Source of the DNA: Burkholderiales bacterium
GTDB lineage: Bacteria > Pseudomonadota > Gammaproteobacteria > Burkholderiales > SG8-39
DNA: 64,000 nt
Assembly (NCBI GenBank): GCA_035702665.1
Contig: DASSQD010000035.1
Span: 17,719-81,718 of the forward strand
Direction of reading: 5' to 3'
Below, one piece after another: positions 25,159 to 33,540 of the stretch. Both the position numbers and the translations under genes were made by a program. A model generated the notes under the pieces. That model saw only the letters and a list, made by a program, of their open reading frames with translations, did no database searches and was not told the origin of the DNA. Numbering within the stretch: position 1 is the first letter of the stretch; each line of letters opens with the position of its first letter.

Positions 25159-27420
25159 CTGAAGCAGCATATCGTCCGAATTGCGCTTGGCCTCCTCGTC
25201 ACGCTGGTCTTTCTGGGGCACGCCGCCAAGCTCTATCAGATAGGGTTCATTACCCAGCTCGACAACATCATCTACGACTATCGGCTGCGCCTGACCATGC
25301 CGGGCACGGTCGACGACAGGATCGTAATCCTGGACATCGACGAGCGCAGCTTGGACCCGCGCGCTCTGGGGCGCTGGCCATGGAGCCGCGACAAGATCGC
25401 AGTGCTCCTCCAGAAGCTGTTCGACAAGTACGGCGTTCTCATCGTCGGCTTCGACGTCGTCTTCGCCGAGCCGGACGAGAGCTCCGGCCTCCCGGTCCTC
25501 GAGCGGCTGGGTAAAACACGTCTCAAGGACATCGGCGCCTTCCAGTCCGCGCTCGTGCAGTTGCGCCCCGAGCTGGATTACGACACGAGCTTCGCGAACT
25601 ACATTCGCGGACGGCCCGTGGTCCTCAGCTACTATTTCAACAGCGACAAGAACGCGGTCGAGAGCGGCGCGCTGCCCGAGCCCGTTCTCCCAGCCGAAAC
25701 GTTCAGCGGAAGGCGGATCACGATCCTCGATTGGCGCGGGTACACGGGTAACCTGGCCGAGTTCCAGGCGAATGCCAGCGCCGGTCATTTCAATCCGCGG
25801 GTGGACGACGACGGTGTATCACGGCGCGTGCCGATGCTCGCGGAATACAAGGGCCAGTACTACGAGGCGTTCTCCCTGGCGATCGTGCGGATGTACCTCG
25901 CGATCCAGGAAGCGGCGAGAAGCAAGGCGGCCGCGGTCAAGCTGCCGGATGTCAAGATCAACGCGATCCCGGATCGCTTCGTCACGCGCGGCTACACGGG
26001 AGTGGAGTGGCTCGAGGTGGGCCCCCTCAAAGTGCCCGTAGACGACGAAATTGCCGCGCAGGTTCCGTACCGCGGCCCGAGAGGCAGCTTCCCCTATGTT
26101 TCGCTGGCGGACATCTGGTCGGACAAAGTTGCGTCGGAGAAACTCCGAGGCAAGATCGCGCTGGTCGGCGCTACCGCGCCCGGCCTGTTCGATCTTCGTT
26201 CCGCACCGGTCGGGAATGTCTACCCTGGGGTGGAAATACACGCCAACCTGGTTGCAGGAATTCTCGACGGCAAGCTCAAGCAAAAGCCGCCGTACATGCT
26301 CGGTGCGGAAGTGGTGCTCCTTGTTATCGGCGGCATCGCGCTCACGTTTTTGATTCCCTTGCTTTCGCCCCTCTGGGCCTCGGCCGCGGCGCTGATCGGG
26401 ACGGCCCTCATTACACTCGTCGACCTCGCGCTGTGGTCGTATTCCGGCTTGGTGCTGCCCCTCGCCGCGTCGGTCCTGATGACTGCCACTCTGTATACGG
26501 TCAACATGGCTTACGGGTACTTCGTCGAGGCGCGTTCCAAGCGGCAGTTCACGGAGCTCTTTGGGCAATATGTCCCACCAGAGCTGGTGGACAAGATGGC
26601 CGAAGACCCGCAGCAGTATACGATGGAGCCGCACAACGCCGAGCTCACCATCCTGTTCTCCGACGTACGCGGATTTACCAGCATTTCGGAAGCGCTCAGC
26701 CCCGAGCACCTGCGCGAATACATCAACGAGTACTTGACCGACATGAGCGACATCATCCGCGCGAAGCACCGCGGCACGCTCGACAAGTACATCGGCGACG
26801 CGATCATGGCGTTCTGGAATGCCCCGGTCGAGGACAAATTCCACCCCCGCAGTGGCGTTCTCGCTGCGATGGAGATGCTGCGCCAGTGCGATGTCTTGAA
26901 CCAGAGGTTCGCCGCGCGCGGATGGCCGACACTCAAGATCGGCATCGGCGTCAACTCCGGAAACGTGCGCGTCGGCGACATGGGGTCCAAGATACGCAAG
27001 GCGTACACCGCGATGGGCGATGCGGTGAACGTTGCCTCGAGACTGGAAGGCAGGACCAAGCATTACGGGGCAGGGATACTCGTCGGTGAGGAGACACGCA
27101 AGGTTGTCCAGGACGTGGTTTTCAAGGAGATCGACAAGATCAAAGTCAAGGGGAAGGACGAGGCAATCACGATCTACGAGCCGGTCGGGATGGAGACCCA
27201 CGTCGAAAAGCGGGTTCTCGAGGAGCTCAAGCTCTGGCACCAGACACTGCGGCAATATCGCCTGCACCAGTGGGACCAGGTCGAGGTGGGTCTACTGAAT
27301 CTGCAGCGCATGAATCCCGACTGCTACCTCTACAAGCTGTACGCCAGCGAGGTCGCCGACAAGCGCCGTAATCCGCCGCCGGCCGGGTGGGACGGCGTAA
27401 CGGTGTTCGATGAAAAATAG
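25159..27420 (+). CDS. CHASE2 sensor / TM / class III adenylate cyclase (IIIb-like), probable non-canonical CTG start
   Basis: The first ATG (25297) would remove TM1 and the start of CHASE2. The frame is open from 25117 and encodes LKQHIVRIALGLLVTLVFLGHAAKLYQ..., homologous to the N-terminus of the kinase's CHASE2 domain. GGAGG at 25150-25154. Catalytic domain: ILFSDVRGFT, LDKYIGDAIMAFW, YTAMGDAVNVASRLE. Confidence 0.75.
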   Translation: MKQHIVRIALGLLVTLVFLGHAAKLYQIGFITQLDNIIYDYRLRLTMPGTVDDRIVILDIDERSLDPRALGRWPWSRDKIAVLLQKLFDKYGVLIVGFDVVFAEPDESSGLPVLERLGKTRLKDIGAFQSALVQLRPELDYDTSFANYIRGRPVVLSYYFNSDKNAVESGALPEPVLPAETFSGRRITILDWRGYTGNLAEFQANASAGHFNPRVDDDGVSRRVPMLAEYKGQYYEAFSLAIVRMYLAIQEAARSKAAAVKLPDVKINAIPDRFVTRGYTGVEWLEVGPLKVPVDDEIAAQVPYRGPRGSFPYVSLADIWSDKVASEKLRGKIALVGATAPGLFDLRSAPVGNVYPGVEIHANLVAGILDGKLKQKPPYMLGAEVVLLVIGGIALTFLIPLLSPLWASAAALIGTALITLVDLALWSYSGLVLPLAASVLMTATLYTVNMAYGYFVEARSKRQFTELFGQYVPPELVDKMAEDPQQYTMEPHNAELTILFSDVRGFTSISEALSPEHLREYINEYLTDMSDIIRAKHRGTLDKYIGDAIMAFWNAPVEDKFHPRSGVLAAMEMLRQCDVLNQRFAARGWPTLKIGIGVNSGNVRVGDMGSKIRKAYTAMGDAVNVASRLEGRTKHYGAGILVGEETRKVVQDVVFKEIDKIKVKGKDEAITIYEPVGMETHVEKRVLEELKLWHQTLRQYRLHQWDQVEVGLLNLQRMNPDCYLYKLYASEVADKRRNPPPAGWDGVTVFDEK

Positions 27421-27435
27421 GACGGGCGCCGCTCC

Positions 27436-28203
27436 ATGAAGCTCAGGATTCTGGGCTGCAGCGGAGGCATAGGCGGGCGGCACCTCCGCACGACGTCCAT
27501 GCTGCTGGACAACGATATCCTCGTCGACGCCGGGACCGGGGTAGCAGATCTTTCCCTGACCGAGCTCTCCCTCATCGACCACGTTTTCCTGACACACTCG
27601 CACCTGGACCACATCTCGAGCATCCCGTTCATGGTGGACACGGTCGGTGGAATGCGCGACCAGCCGCTCACGGTCTGGGCAGTACCGGCGACGCTCGAGA
27701 TCCTGCGCAGCCACATCTTCAACTGGAGCGTCTGGCCGGACTTCTCACAGATTCCAAGCCCGGACCAGCCGTTTCTCAGGTATCGCGAGATCCAGGTCGG
27801 CGACACGGTCGAGTTGAAAAAGCGAAAGCTGACGGCGCTTCCCGCCAACCATGTCGTACCCGCCGTCGGGTATCACCTGGATTCCGGAAAGGGCAGCCTG
27901 GTATTCACCGGTGACACCACGACGAACGATCCTCTTTGGGTTATCGTCAACAAGATATCCAATCTGAAGTACCTGATCATCGAGACCGCCTTCTGCAACC
28001 GCGAGAAGGAGCTGGCGGTGATCTCGAAACATCTCTGCCCGAGCATGCTCGCCGACGAGTTGGGCAAGCTCGAGCGCACCGCGGAGATCTACATCACCCA
28101 TCTAAAGCCGGGTGAAATCGAGTTGACCATGCAGGAAATCGAGGAGGACGCAGGCCAGTACCGCCCGCGGATGCTGCAAAACAATCAGGTTTTTGAGTTC
28201 TGA
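27436..28203 (+). CDS. Class II 3',5'-cyclic-nucleotide phosphodiesterase (metallo-beta-lactamase fold)
   Basis: 255 aa. MKLRILGCSGG..., the HSHLDH motif (THSHLDHISSIP) and the overall length match the class II cAMP PDE family. Confidence 0.75.
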   Translation: MKLRILGCSGGIGGRHLRTTSMLLDNDILVDAGTGVADLSLTELSLIDHVFLTHSHLDHISSIPFMVDTVGGMRDQPLTVWAVPATLEILRSHIFNWSVWPDFSQIPSPDQPFLRYREIQVGDTVELKKRKLTALPANHVVPAVGYHLDSGKGSLVFTGDTTTNDPLWVIVNKISNLKYLIIETAFCNREKELAVISKHLCPSMLADELGKLERTAEIYITHLKPGEIELTMQEIEEDAGQYRPRMLQNNQVFEF

Positions 28204-28215
28204 GGCGGGCGGAGG

Positions 28216-29283
28216 ATGTGCGCGACTAGAGTGAGCGCGGAGACGTTGAAAGGCTTCGAGCCCATCGGCTCGCTGCCCGACTCGCGCCTCAACGAGCTCG
28301 CGGGGCTCTGCAAGCTCGAGACGGTCGGCAAGGACTCCGAGTCGTTTCTGGTTCGCAACATCTCCGGACAGGCCGTCTATCTGCTGCGCGGGGAACTAGT
28401 GCTGACCTACCCGGACGGTACGTCGAAGATCCTCGTGGGAGGCTCGGAGCGCTCGCGATATCCGCTCGCACATCGCGGCGAAGTCTTCACGAGCGCCAAG
28501 GCCGTCACGGAAGTGGAGCTGATGCGCATCGACGACGACCTTCTCGACGTCATGGCAACTTGGGATCAGGTCGCCGCGGTCGAGAGCTCGCCGAAGAAGA
28601 CCGCAAAGGAGAGCGGCGCATTCGCCAACTGGTCGATGATGTCGGGGATGTTCAGCGTCAGCAGCCTGAAGTACGGTGCTTTCTCGCAATTGCCGCCGGC
28701 ACATATCGACGAGCTGCTGGGTCGCTTCGAGCGCGTTACGTTCAAGAAGGGCGATGTCGTGATTCGCGAGGGTGCGGAGGGCGACTTCTATTTCGTGATC
28801 GAAACGGGCCGGTGCAGGGTCGAGCGGATGGTCGGGGGAGTGTCCATGCTGCTCGCCGAGCTGAAGAGCGGAGACGCTTTCGGCGAGGAGGCGCTGGTGT
28901 CCGAGGTCAAGCGCAATGCCACGGTGACGATGAAGAGCGACGGCACATTGCTGAAGCTATCGAAGAAGGATTTCGTGGAGCTGCTGCGCGAGCCGCTGCT
29001 GCAGCGCATATCCGCGGAGGACGCGCGCGCGAAGGTGGTCGACGGTGCGCAGTGGATCGACGTGCGCTATCCGTCCGAATACCAGTACGACAAACTTCCC
29101 GGGGCCATCAATATTCCCCTGTCGGACATTCGCAATGCCTTCGGCGCCCTGGACAAGGGAAAGGAGTACGTGCTCTACTGCCAGAGCGAGCGCCGCAGCG
29201 CCGCGGCGGCGTTTCTCATGGCCCAGCGGGGGTACCGGGCGTACGTGCTCGCGGGCGGCCTCTGGGGCGAAACGAAGCGGTGA
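28216..29283 (+). CDS. Cyclic-nucleotide-binding domain protein with a C-terminal rhodanese domain
   Basis: A degenerate N-terminal CNB-like domain. A second CNB domain has an intact phosphate-binding cassette (GDAFGEEALVSEVKRNATV). The C-terminal rhodanese has WIDVRYPSEY...YCQSERRSAAAA, including the active-site Cys loop. Confidence 0.8.
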   Translation: MCATRVSAETLKGFEPIGSLPDSRLNELAGLCKLETVGKDSESFLVRNISGQAVYLLRGELVLTYPDGTSKILVGGSERSRYPLAHRGEVFTSAKAVTEVELMRIDDDLLDVMATWDQVAAVESSPKKTAKESGAFANWSMMSGMFSVSSLKYGAFSQLPPAHIDELLGRFERVTFKKGDVVIREGAEGDFYFVIETGRCRVERMVGGVSMLLAELKSGDAFGEEALVSEVKRNATVTMKSDGTLLKLSKKDFVELLREPLLQRISAEDARAKVVDGAQWIDVRYPSEYQYDKLPGAINIPLSDIRNAFGALDKGKEYVLYCQSERRSAAAAFLMAQRGYRAYVLAGGLWGETKR

Positions 29284-29451
29284 GGGCGCGCGCAAAGCGG
29301 GTATTCCGACCGGTCAGGCGCGATTCTCGCTTGCTGGAAAGCAGTTGCAGGCTCCGGCGCGTGAATAACGCCCGGCCGCGCACGGGTGAACGGTGGTAAA
29401 GTAATTGATTATCTGGCCATTTCGGGTGCTGGACACTAGGGTGGGTTGCCA

Positions 29452-31818
29452 ATGAGCGCGGTACTACAGACGCACGTGGGCGCGGCCGGCGATGTCAACA
29501 GCCGGTTGAATTTCCAGAAGAATCTCCAGAGCGTCACCAACAAGATCCACGCCACCACCAACGTGGATGAGATCATGCTGGAAGTCAGCGCCGACATCTG
29601 CACCTTGTTCAACGCCGACCGCCTGACGATCTACACCGTGGGCGAGGACAAGCAGAGCATTGTCTCCAAGGTCAAGACGGGCCTCAACTCGTTCAAAGAC
29701 CTCAAGCTGCCCATCGCAGAGCACTCCATCGCAGGCTTCGTTGCGCTGTCGAAGAAGATGCTCAGCCTGAGGGACGTCTACGACGAGAGCGAGCTCAGGG
29801 CACACAATCACAATTTGCGCTTTCTGCAGGAAGTCGACAAGCGCACGGGCTATCGCACCAAGCAGATGCTGGTTGCGCCGGTGGCGGAGCCCGGAAGCGG
29901 GGAACTGGTCGGTGTAGTCCAGTTAATCAACAACAAGGCCGGCGTTCCCTTTGGCCAACTCGCCGAAGAGGGCGTGAGCGAGCTTTGCCAGACGCTGGCT
30001 ATCGCCCTCAAGCAGCGCCAGAAGCCGCAGGTTCTCAAGACCAAGTACGACTTCCTCGTCGGCGACGCGGTGATCTCCGCCGCGGAGTTCGAGCTGGCGG
30101 CGCGCTCGGCGCGCAAGAAGGCGGTCGACGTCGAAGATGTGCTGACCCAGGAATTCCAGGTCAAGCTTCCCGCGATAGGCGCGGCGCTGGCGAAGTTCTT
30201 CGGGACGCCCTACGAGCCTTTCAAGCCGGATCGCATCAAGCCGATGGATCTGCTGAAGAACCTGAAGCGCGAGTACGTGGATTCCAATCAATGGGTCCCG
30301 ATCGAGGATTCCAAGGAAGGCCTCGTTATCCTTTGCCTCGATCCGGAGCGAATCAAGAGCTCGCGCATCGTCCAGAACGTCTTCCCGGGCCGCAAGCTGA
30401 CGTACCGCGTCACGACTCTCAAGGAGTTCAAGGACACGCTCAAGGCCTTCTATGGCGCGGACGCGGTCGACAGCGGCGACATCGGCGACATGCTTCACGA
30501 CCTCCAGGAAGACGAAGGTCCGGCGGAGACGGGGGATGACGATGTTTCGGCGGCGGCCGACAACGAGTTGGTCAAGCTGGTCAACAAGATCATCATCGAT
30601 GCCTACAACCAGGGTGCCTCCGACATCCACATCGAGCCTTATCCGGGCAAGGGGAAGACCGAGATCCGACTAAGAAAAGACGGCTCGCTGGTTCCCTATA
30701 TCGAGGTCCCGGGGTCCTACCGGAACGCCATTGTGGCGCGCATCAAGATCATGTGCGATCTCGACATCTCGGAAAAGCGCAAGCCGCAGGACGGCAAGAT
30801 CAAGTTCAAGAAATTCGGGCCGCTCGACATCGAGCTGCGGGTGGCGACGATTCCGTCCCAGGGCGGCGTCGAGGACGTGGTCATGCGTATCCTCGCCGCG
30901 GGGGAGCCTATCCCGATCGACAAGCTGGGGCTTTCGCCTTCAAACCTGCCAAAGCTCAAGGAGACGGTCAGCAAGCCCTACGGGCTGTTCTTCTGCTGCG
31001 GTCCCACTGGCTCGGGCAAGACCACGACGCTGCACTCGGTGCTGGGTTTCCTGAACACGCCCGACACCAAGATCTGGACTGCCGAGGACCCGGTCGAAAT
31101 CACGCAGAAAGGCCTGCGCCAGGTGCAGGTCAACAAGAAGGCGGGTCTCGATTTCGCTGCGGTCATGAAGTCCTTCCTCCGCGCGGATCCGGACATCATC
31201 ATGGTCGGCGAGATGCGCGACAAGGAGACCACCGGGACCGGCATCGAGGCCTCGCTCACGGGTCACTTGGTGTTCGCGACGCTGCATACCAACAGCGCTC
31301 CCGAATCCATCATCCGCTTGCTCGACATGGGTATGGACCCCTTCAATTTCGCCGACGCGCTGCTGGGGATTCTCGCGCAGCGGCTGGCCAAGCGCCTCTG
31401 CAGCAAGTGCAAGCAGCCCTACGCCGCCGGCGCGGACGAGATGAAGCATATCCTGCAAGAGTATTGCACCGAACTTCTGAATACCGGCCCGTTCAAGAAG
31501 GACGCCAAATCAGCCTACGAGCATGTCTACCGTGACCTTGCGAAGCACTACGCCAACGACAAGGGGCAGTTCACCCTTTACAGGGCCAAGGGCTGCGATG
31601 CCTGCGGCAATACGGGATACAAAGGGCGGGTCGGTCTGCACGAGCTCCTGATTGCGTCCGATCACCTCAAGAAGTTGATCCAGGAGCACGCGCGGGTAGC
31701 CGAGATCCTGGCGCTCGCCCTTGAAGAAGGTATGCGGACCCTGAAGATGGATGGCATCGAGAAGGTGCTTCAAGGCATTACCGACATGCCGCAGGTCCGC
31801 GCGGTCTGCATCAAGTAA
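29452..31818 (+). CDS. PilB/GspE-family secretion ATPase with an N-terminal GAF domain and a T2SSE_N domain
   Basis: About 788 aa. The GAF domain lies at about residues 30-190 (...FLQEVDKRTGYRTKQMLVAPV...GVVQLINNK). Walker A GPTGSGKTT, Walker B DPDIIMVGEMRD, His box GHLVFATLHTN, tetra-Cys CSKC...CDAC. ATG at 29452 (track start: TTG at 29446). Confidence 0.85.
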   Translation: MSAVLQTHVGAAGDVNSRLNFQKNLQSVTNKIHATTNVDEIMLEVSADICTLFNADRLTIYTVGEDKQSIVSKVKTGLNSFKDLKLPIAEHSIAGFVALSKKMLSLRDVYDESELRAHNHNLRFLQEVDKRTGYRTKQMLVAPVAEPGSGELVGVVQLINNKAGVPFGQLAEEGVSELCQTLAIALKQRQKPQVLKTKYDFLVGDAVISAAEFELAARSARKKAVDVEDVLTQEFQVKLPAIGAALAKFFGTPYEPFKPDRIKPMDLLKNLKREYVDSNQWVPIEDSKEGLVILCLDPERIKSSRIVQNVFPGRKLTYRVTTLKEFKDTLKAFYGADAVDSGDIGDMLHDLQEDEGPAETGDDDVSAAADNELVKLVNKIIIDAYNQGASDIHIEPYPGKGKTEIRLRKDGSLVPYIEVPGSYRNAIVARIKIMCDLDISEKRKPQDGKIKFKKFGPLDIELRVATIPSQGGVEDVVMRILAAGEPIPIDKLGLSPSNLPKLKETVSKPYGLFFCCGPTGSGKTTTLHSVLGFLNTPDTKIWTAEDPVEITQKGLRQVQVNKKAGLDFAAVMKSFLRADPDIIMVGEMRDKETTGTGIEASLTGHLVFATLHTNSAPESIIRLLDMGMDPFNFADALLGILAQRLAKRLCSKCKQPYAAGADEMKHILQEYCTELLNTGPFKKDAKSAYEHVYRDLAKHYANDKGQFTLYRAKGCDACGNTGYKGRVGLHELLIASDHLKKLIQEHARVAEILALALEEGMRTLKMDGIEKVLQGITDMPQVRAVCIK

Positions 31819-31865
31819 GGCGGCGCGACGCCGCTCGATCCACGGCCGGCTACCCTGGGGGGTTC

Positions 31866-33521
31866 TTGGAGACCGACGAAGATCTGTTTCGCCGTCTCGA
31901 GCAGCTTAACGAGATCGGCTCTGCCCTCTCGCAGGAGAAAGATATCGATCACCTGCTGGAGAAGATCCTTCTCGCGGCGAAGGCGATCACGCGTGCCGCG
32001 GGCGGTACCCTGTACGTCCTGGAGCCCTCCGATGAGGGCCCGCGGCTCAGGTTCGCGATCATGAGGAACGAGGCATTGGGCATTGCGATGGGAGGCACCA
32101 CCGGCAACCCCATACCCTTCTATCCGGTTCACCTGTACGGAAAGGACGGAAAACCGAACAACCAGATGGTCGCTGCGTATGCGGCCCTTACCAGCAAGAC
32201 GGTCAACATCGCAGACGCCTATTCGGAAGAGGGTTTCGATTTCTCCGGGACACGCAATTTCGACAGGAAGACGGGATACCGATCCAAAGCTTTCCTCACC
32301 GTTCCGATGAAGAACCACGAAGGCGAGATCATCGGCGTGCTCCAGTTGATCAACCGCATGGAGCCGGGAACGAACGAGGTAGGCCCTTTTGCCTCGTCCG
32401 ACCAGCGTCTTGCGGAATCTCTCGCGTCGCAGGCTGCCATCGCGCTTACGAATCGGCAGCTCATCAATCAGCTCGAGGTATTGTTCGAGTCCTTCATCGC
32501 GCTCATCAACACCGCTATAGACGAGAAGTCCCCGTACACGGGGGGGCACTGTCAGCGCGTCCCTGTGCTCACGATGATGCTCGCCGAGGCTGTCAACGAG
32601 ACTTATGAAGGGCCGCTTCGCGAATTCAAGATGACCGACAAGGACCGCTATGAGCTTAAGATAGCCGGCCTGCTGCACGATTGCGGGAAAGTGACGACTC
32701 CGGTGCACGTCGTGGACAAGGCCACCAAGCTCGAGACGATCTTCGACCGGATCAATCTTCTGGACACGCGTTTCGAGGTGCTCAAGCGCGATCTCGAGAT
32801 CGAGGCGTTGATGCGCAAGCTTGAGGTCGCGCGGAAGCGTGGCCTGAGCGAGAGCGCTGCGCGCGAGGAATCGGCGCGCGTCGACGAGGGCTATCGCGAA
32901 GGTCTGCGGGCCCTGGAAAGCGACCGCGAGTTCCTGCGTCACGCCAACATCGGGGGTGAGGTCATGTCGGCTGAGGCGCGTGATCGCGTGGTCCGCATCG
33001 GTACCGGGCGCAAGTGGGTCGACGCGACAGGGAACATGGCGGACTTCCTCACGCCCGACGAGATCAACAACCTCACGATCGCTCGCGGTACGCTGACCCA
33101 GGAGGAACGCGAGACCATCAACCACCACATCGTCGCTACGATAAAGATGCTTGAGGCGCTGCCTTGGCCCAAGCATCTGCGCAACGTCCCGGAATACGCC
33201 GGCGGTCACCACGAACGCATGGACGGGAAGGGCTATCCCCGGGGACTGACGCGCGAGAAGATGTCCGTCCAAGCCCGGGTCATGGGGATTGCCGACATAT
33301 TCGAGGCACTGACGGCGAAAGACCGGCCGTACAAGCGCGGCAAGACTCTCTCCGAGTCGCTGAAGATTCTAGGCAACTTCCGGTTGAACGGCCACATCGA
33401 TCCGGACCTGTTCGACGTATTCGTGCGCAAGAAGGTGTATTTGCGCTATGCCGAACAGTTCCTCGACCGTGATCAGATCGACGAGGTCGAAGAGTCCAAG
33501 ATCCCGGGATTCGTGCCGTAG
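31866..33521 (+). CDS. GAF-domain HD-GYP phosphohydrolase (putative c-di-GMP phosphodiesterase)
   Basis: 551 aa. N-terminal GAF (...NFDRKTGYRSKAFLTVPM...GVLQLINRM). HD-GYP core: LLHDCGK ... GGHHERMDGKGYPRGL. TTG start. Confidence 0.85.
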   Translation: METDEDLFRRLEQLNEIGSALSQEKDIDHLLEKILLAAKAITRAAGGTLYVLEPSDEGPRLRFAIMRNEALGIAMGGTTGNPIPFYPVHLYGKDGKPNNQMVAAYAALTSKTVNIADAYSEEGFDFSGTRNFDRKTGYRSKAFLTVPMKNHEGEIIGVLQLINRMEPGTNEVGPFASSDQRLAESLASQAAIALTNRQLINQLEVLFESFIALINTAIDEKSPYTGGHCQRVPVLTMMLAEAVNETYEGPLREFKMTDKDRYELKIAGLLHDCGKVTTPVHVVDKATKLETIFDRINLLDTRFEVLKRDLEIEALMRKLEVARKRGLSESAAREESARVDEGYREGLRALESDREFLRHANIGGEVMSAEARDRVVRIGTGRKWVDATGNMADFLTPDEINNLTIARGTLTQEERETINHHIVATIKMLEALPWPKHLRNVPEYAGGHHERMDGKGYPRGLTREKMSVQARVMGIADIFEALTAKDRPYKRGKTLSESLKILGNFRLNGHIDPDLFDVFVRKKVYLRYAEQFLDRDQIDEVEESKIPGFVP

Positions 33522-33540
33522 GTCCCGGGAATACGGTTTG

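Noticed and set aside
29330-29430. Sigma54-like motifs upstream of the GAF-ATPase gene (ctGGaaagcagttGCa and cTGGccatttcgggtGCt)
   Set aside because: The GG-to-GC spacing is N9 and N11 respectively instead of the obligatory N10, so I do not call a sigma54 promoter here.
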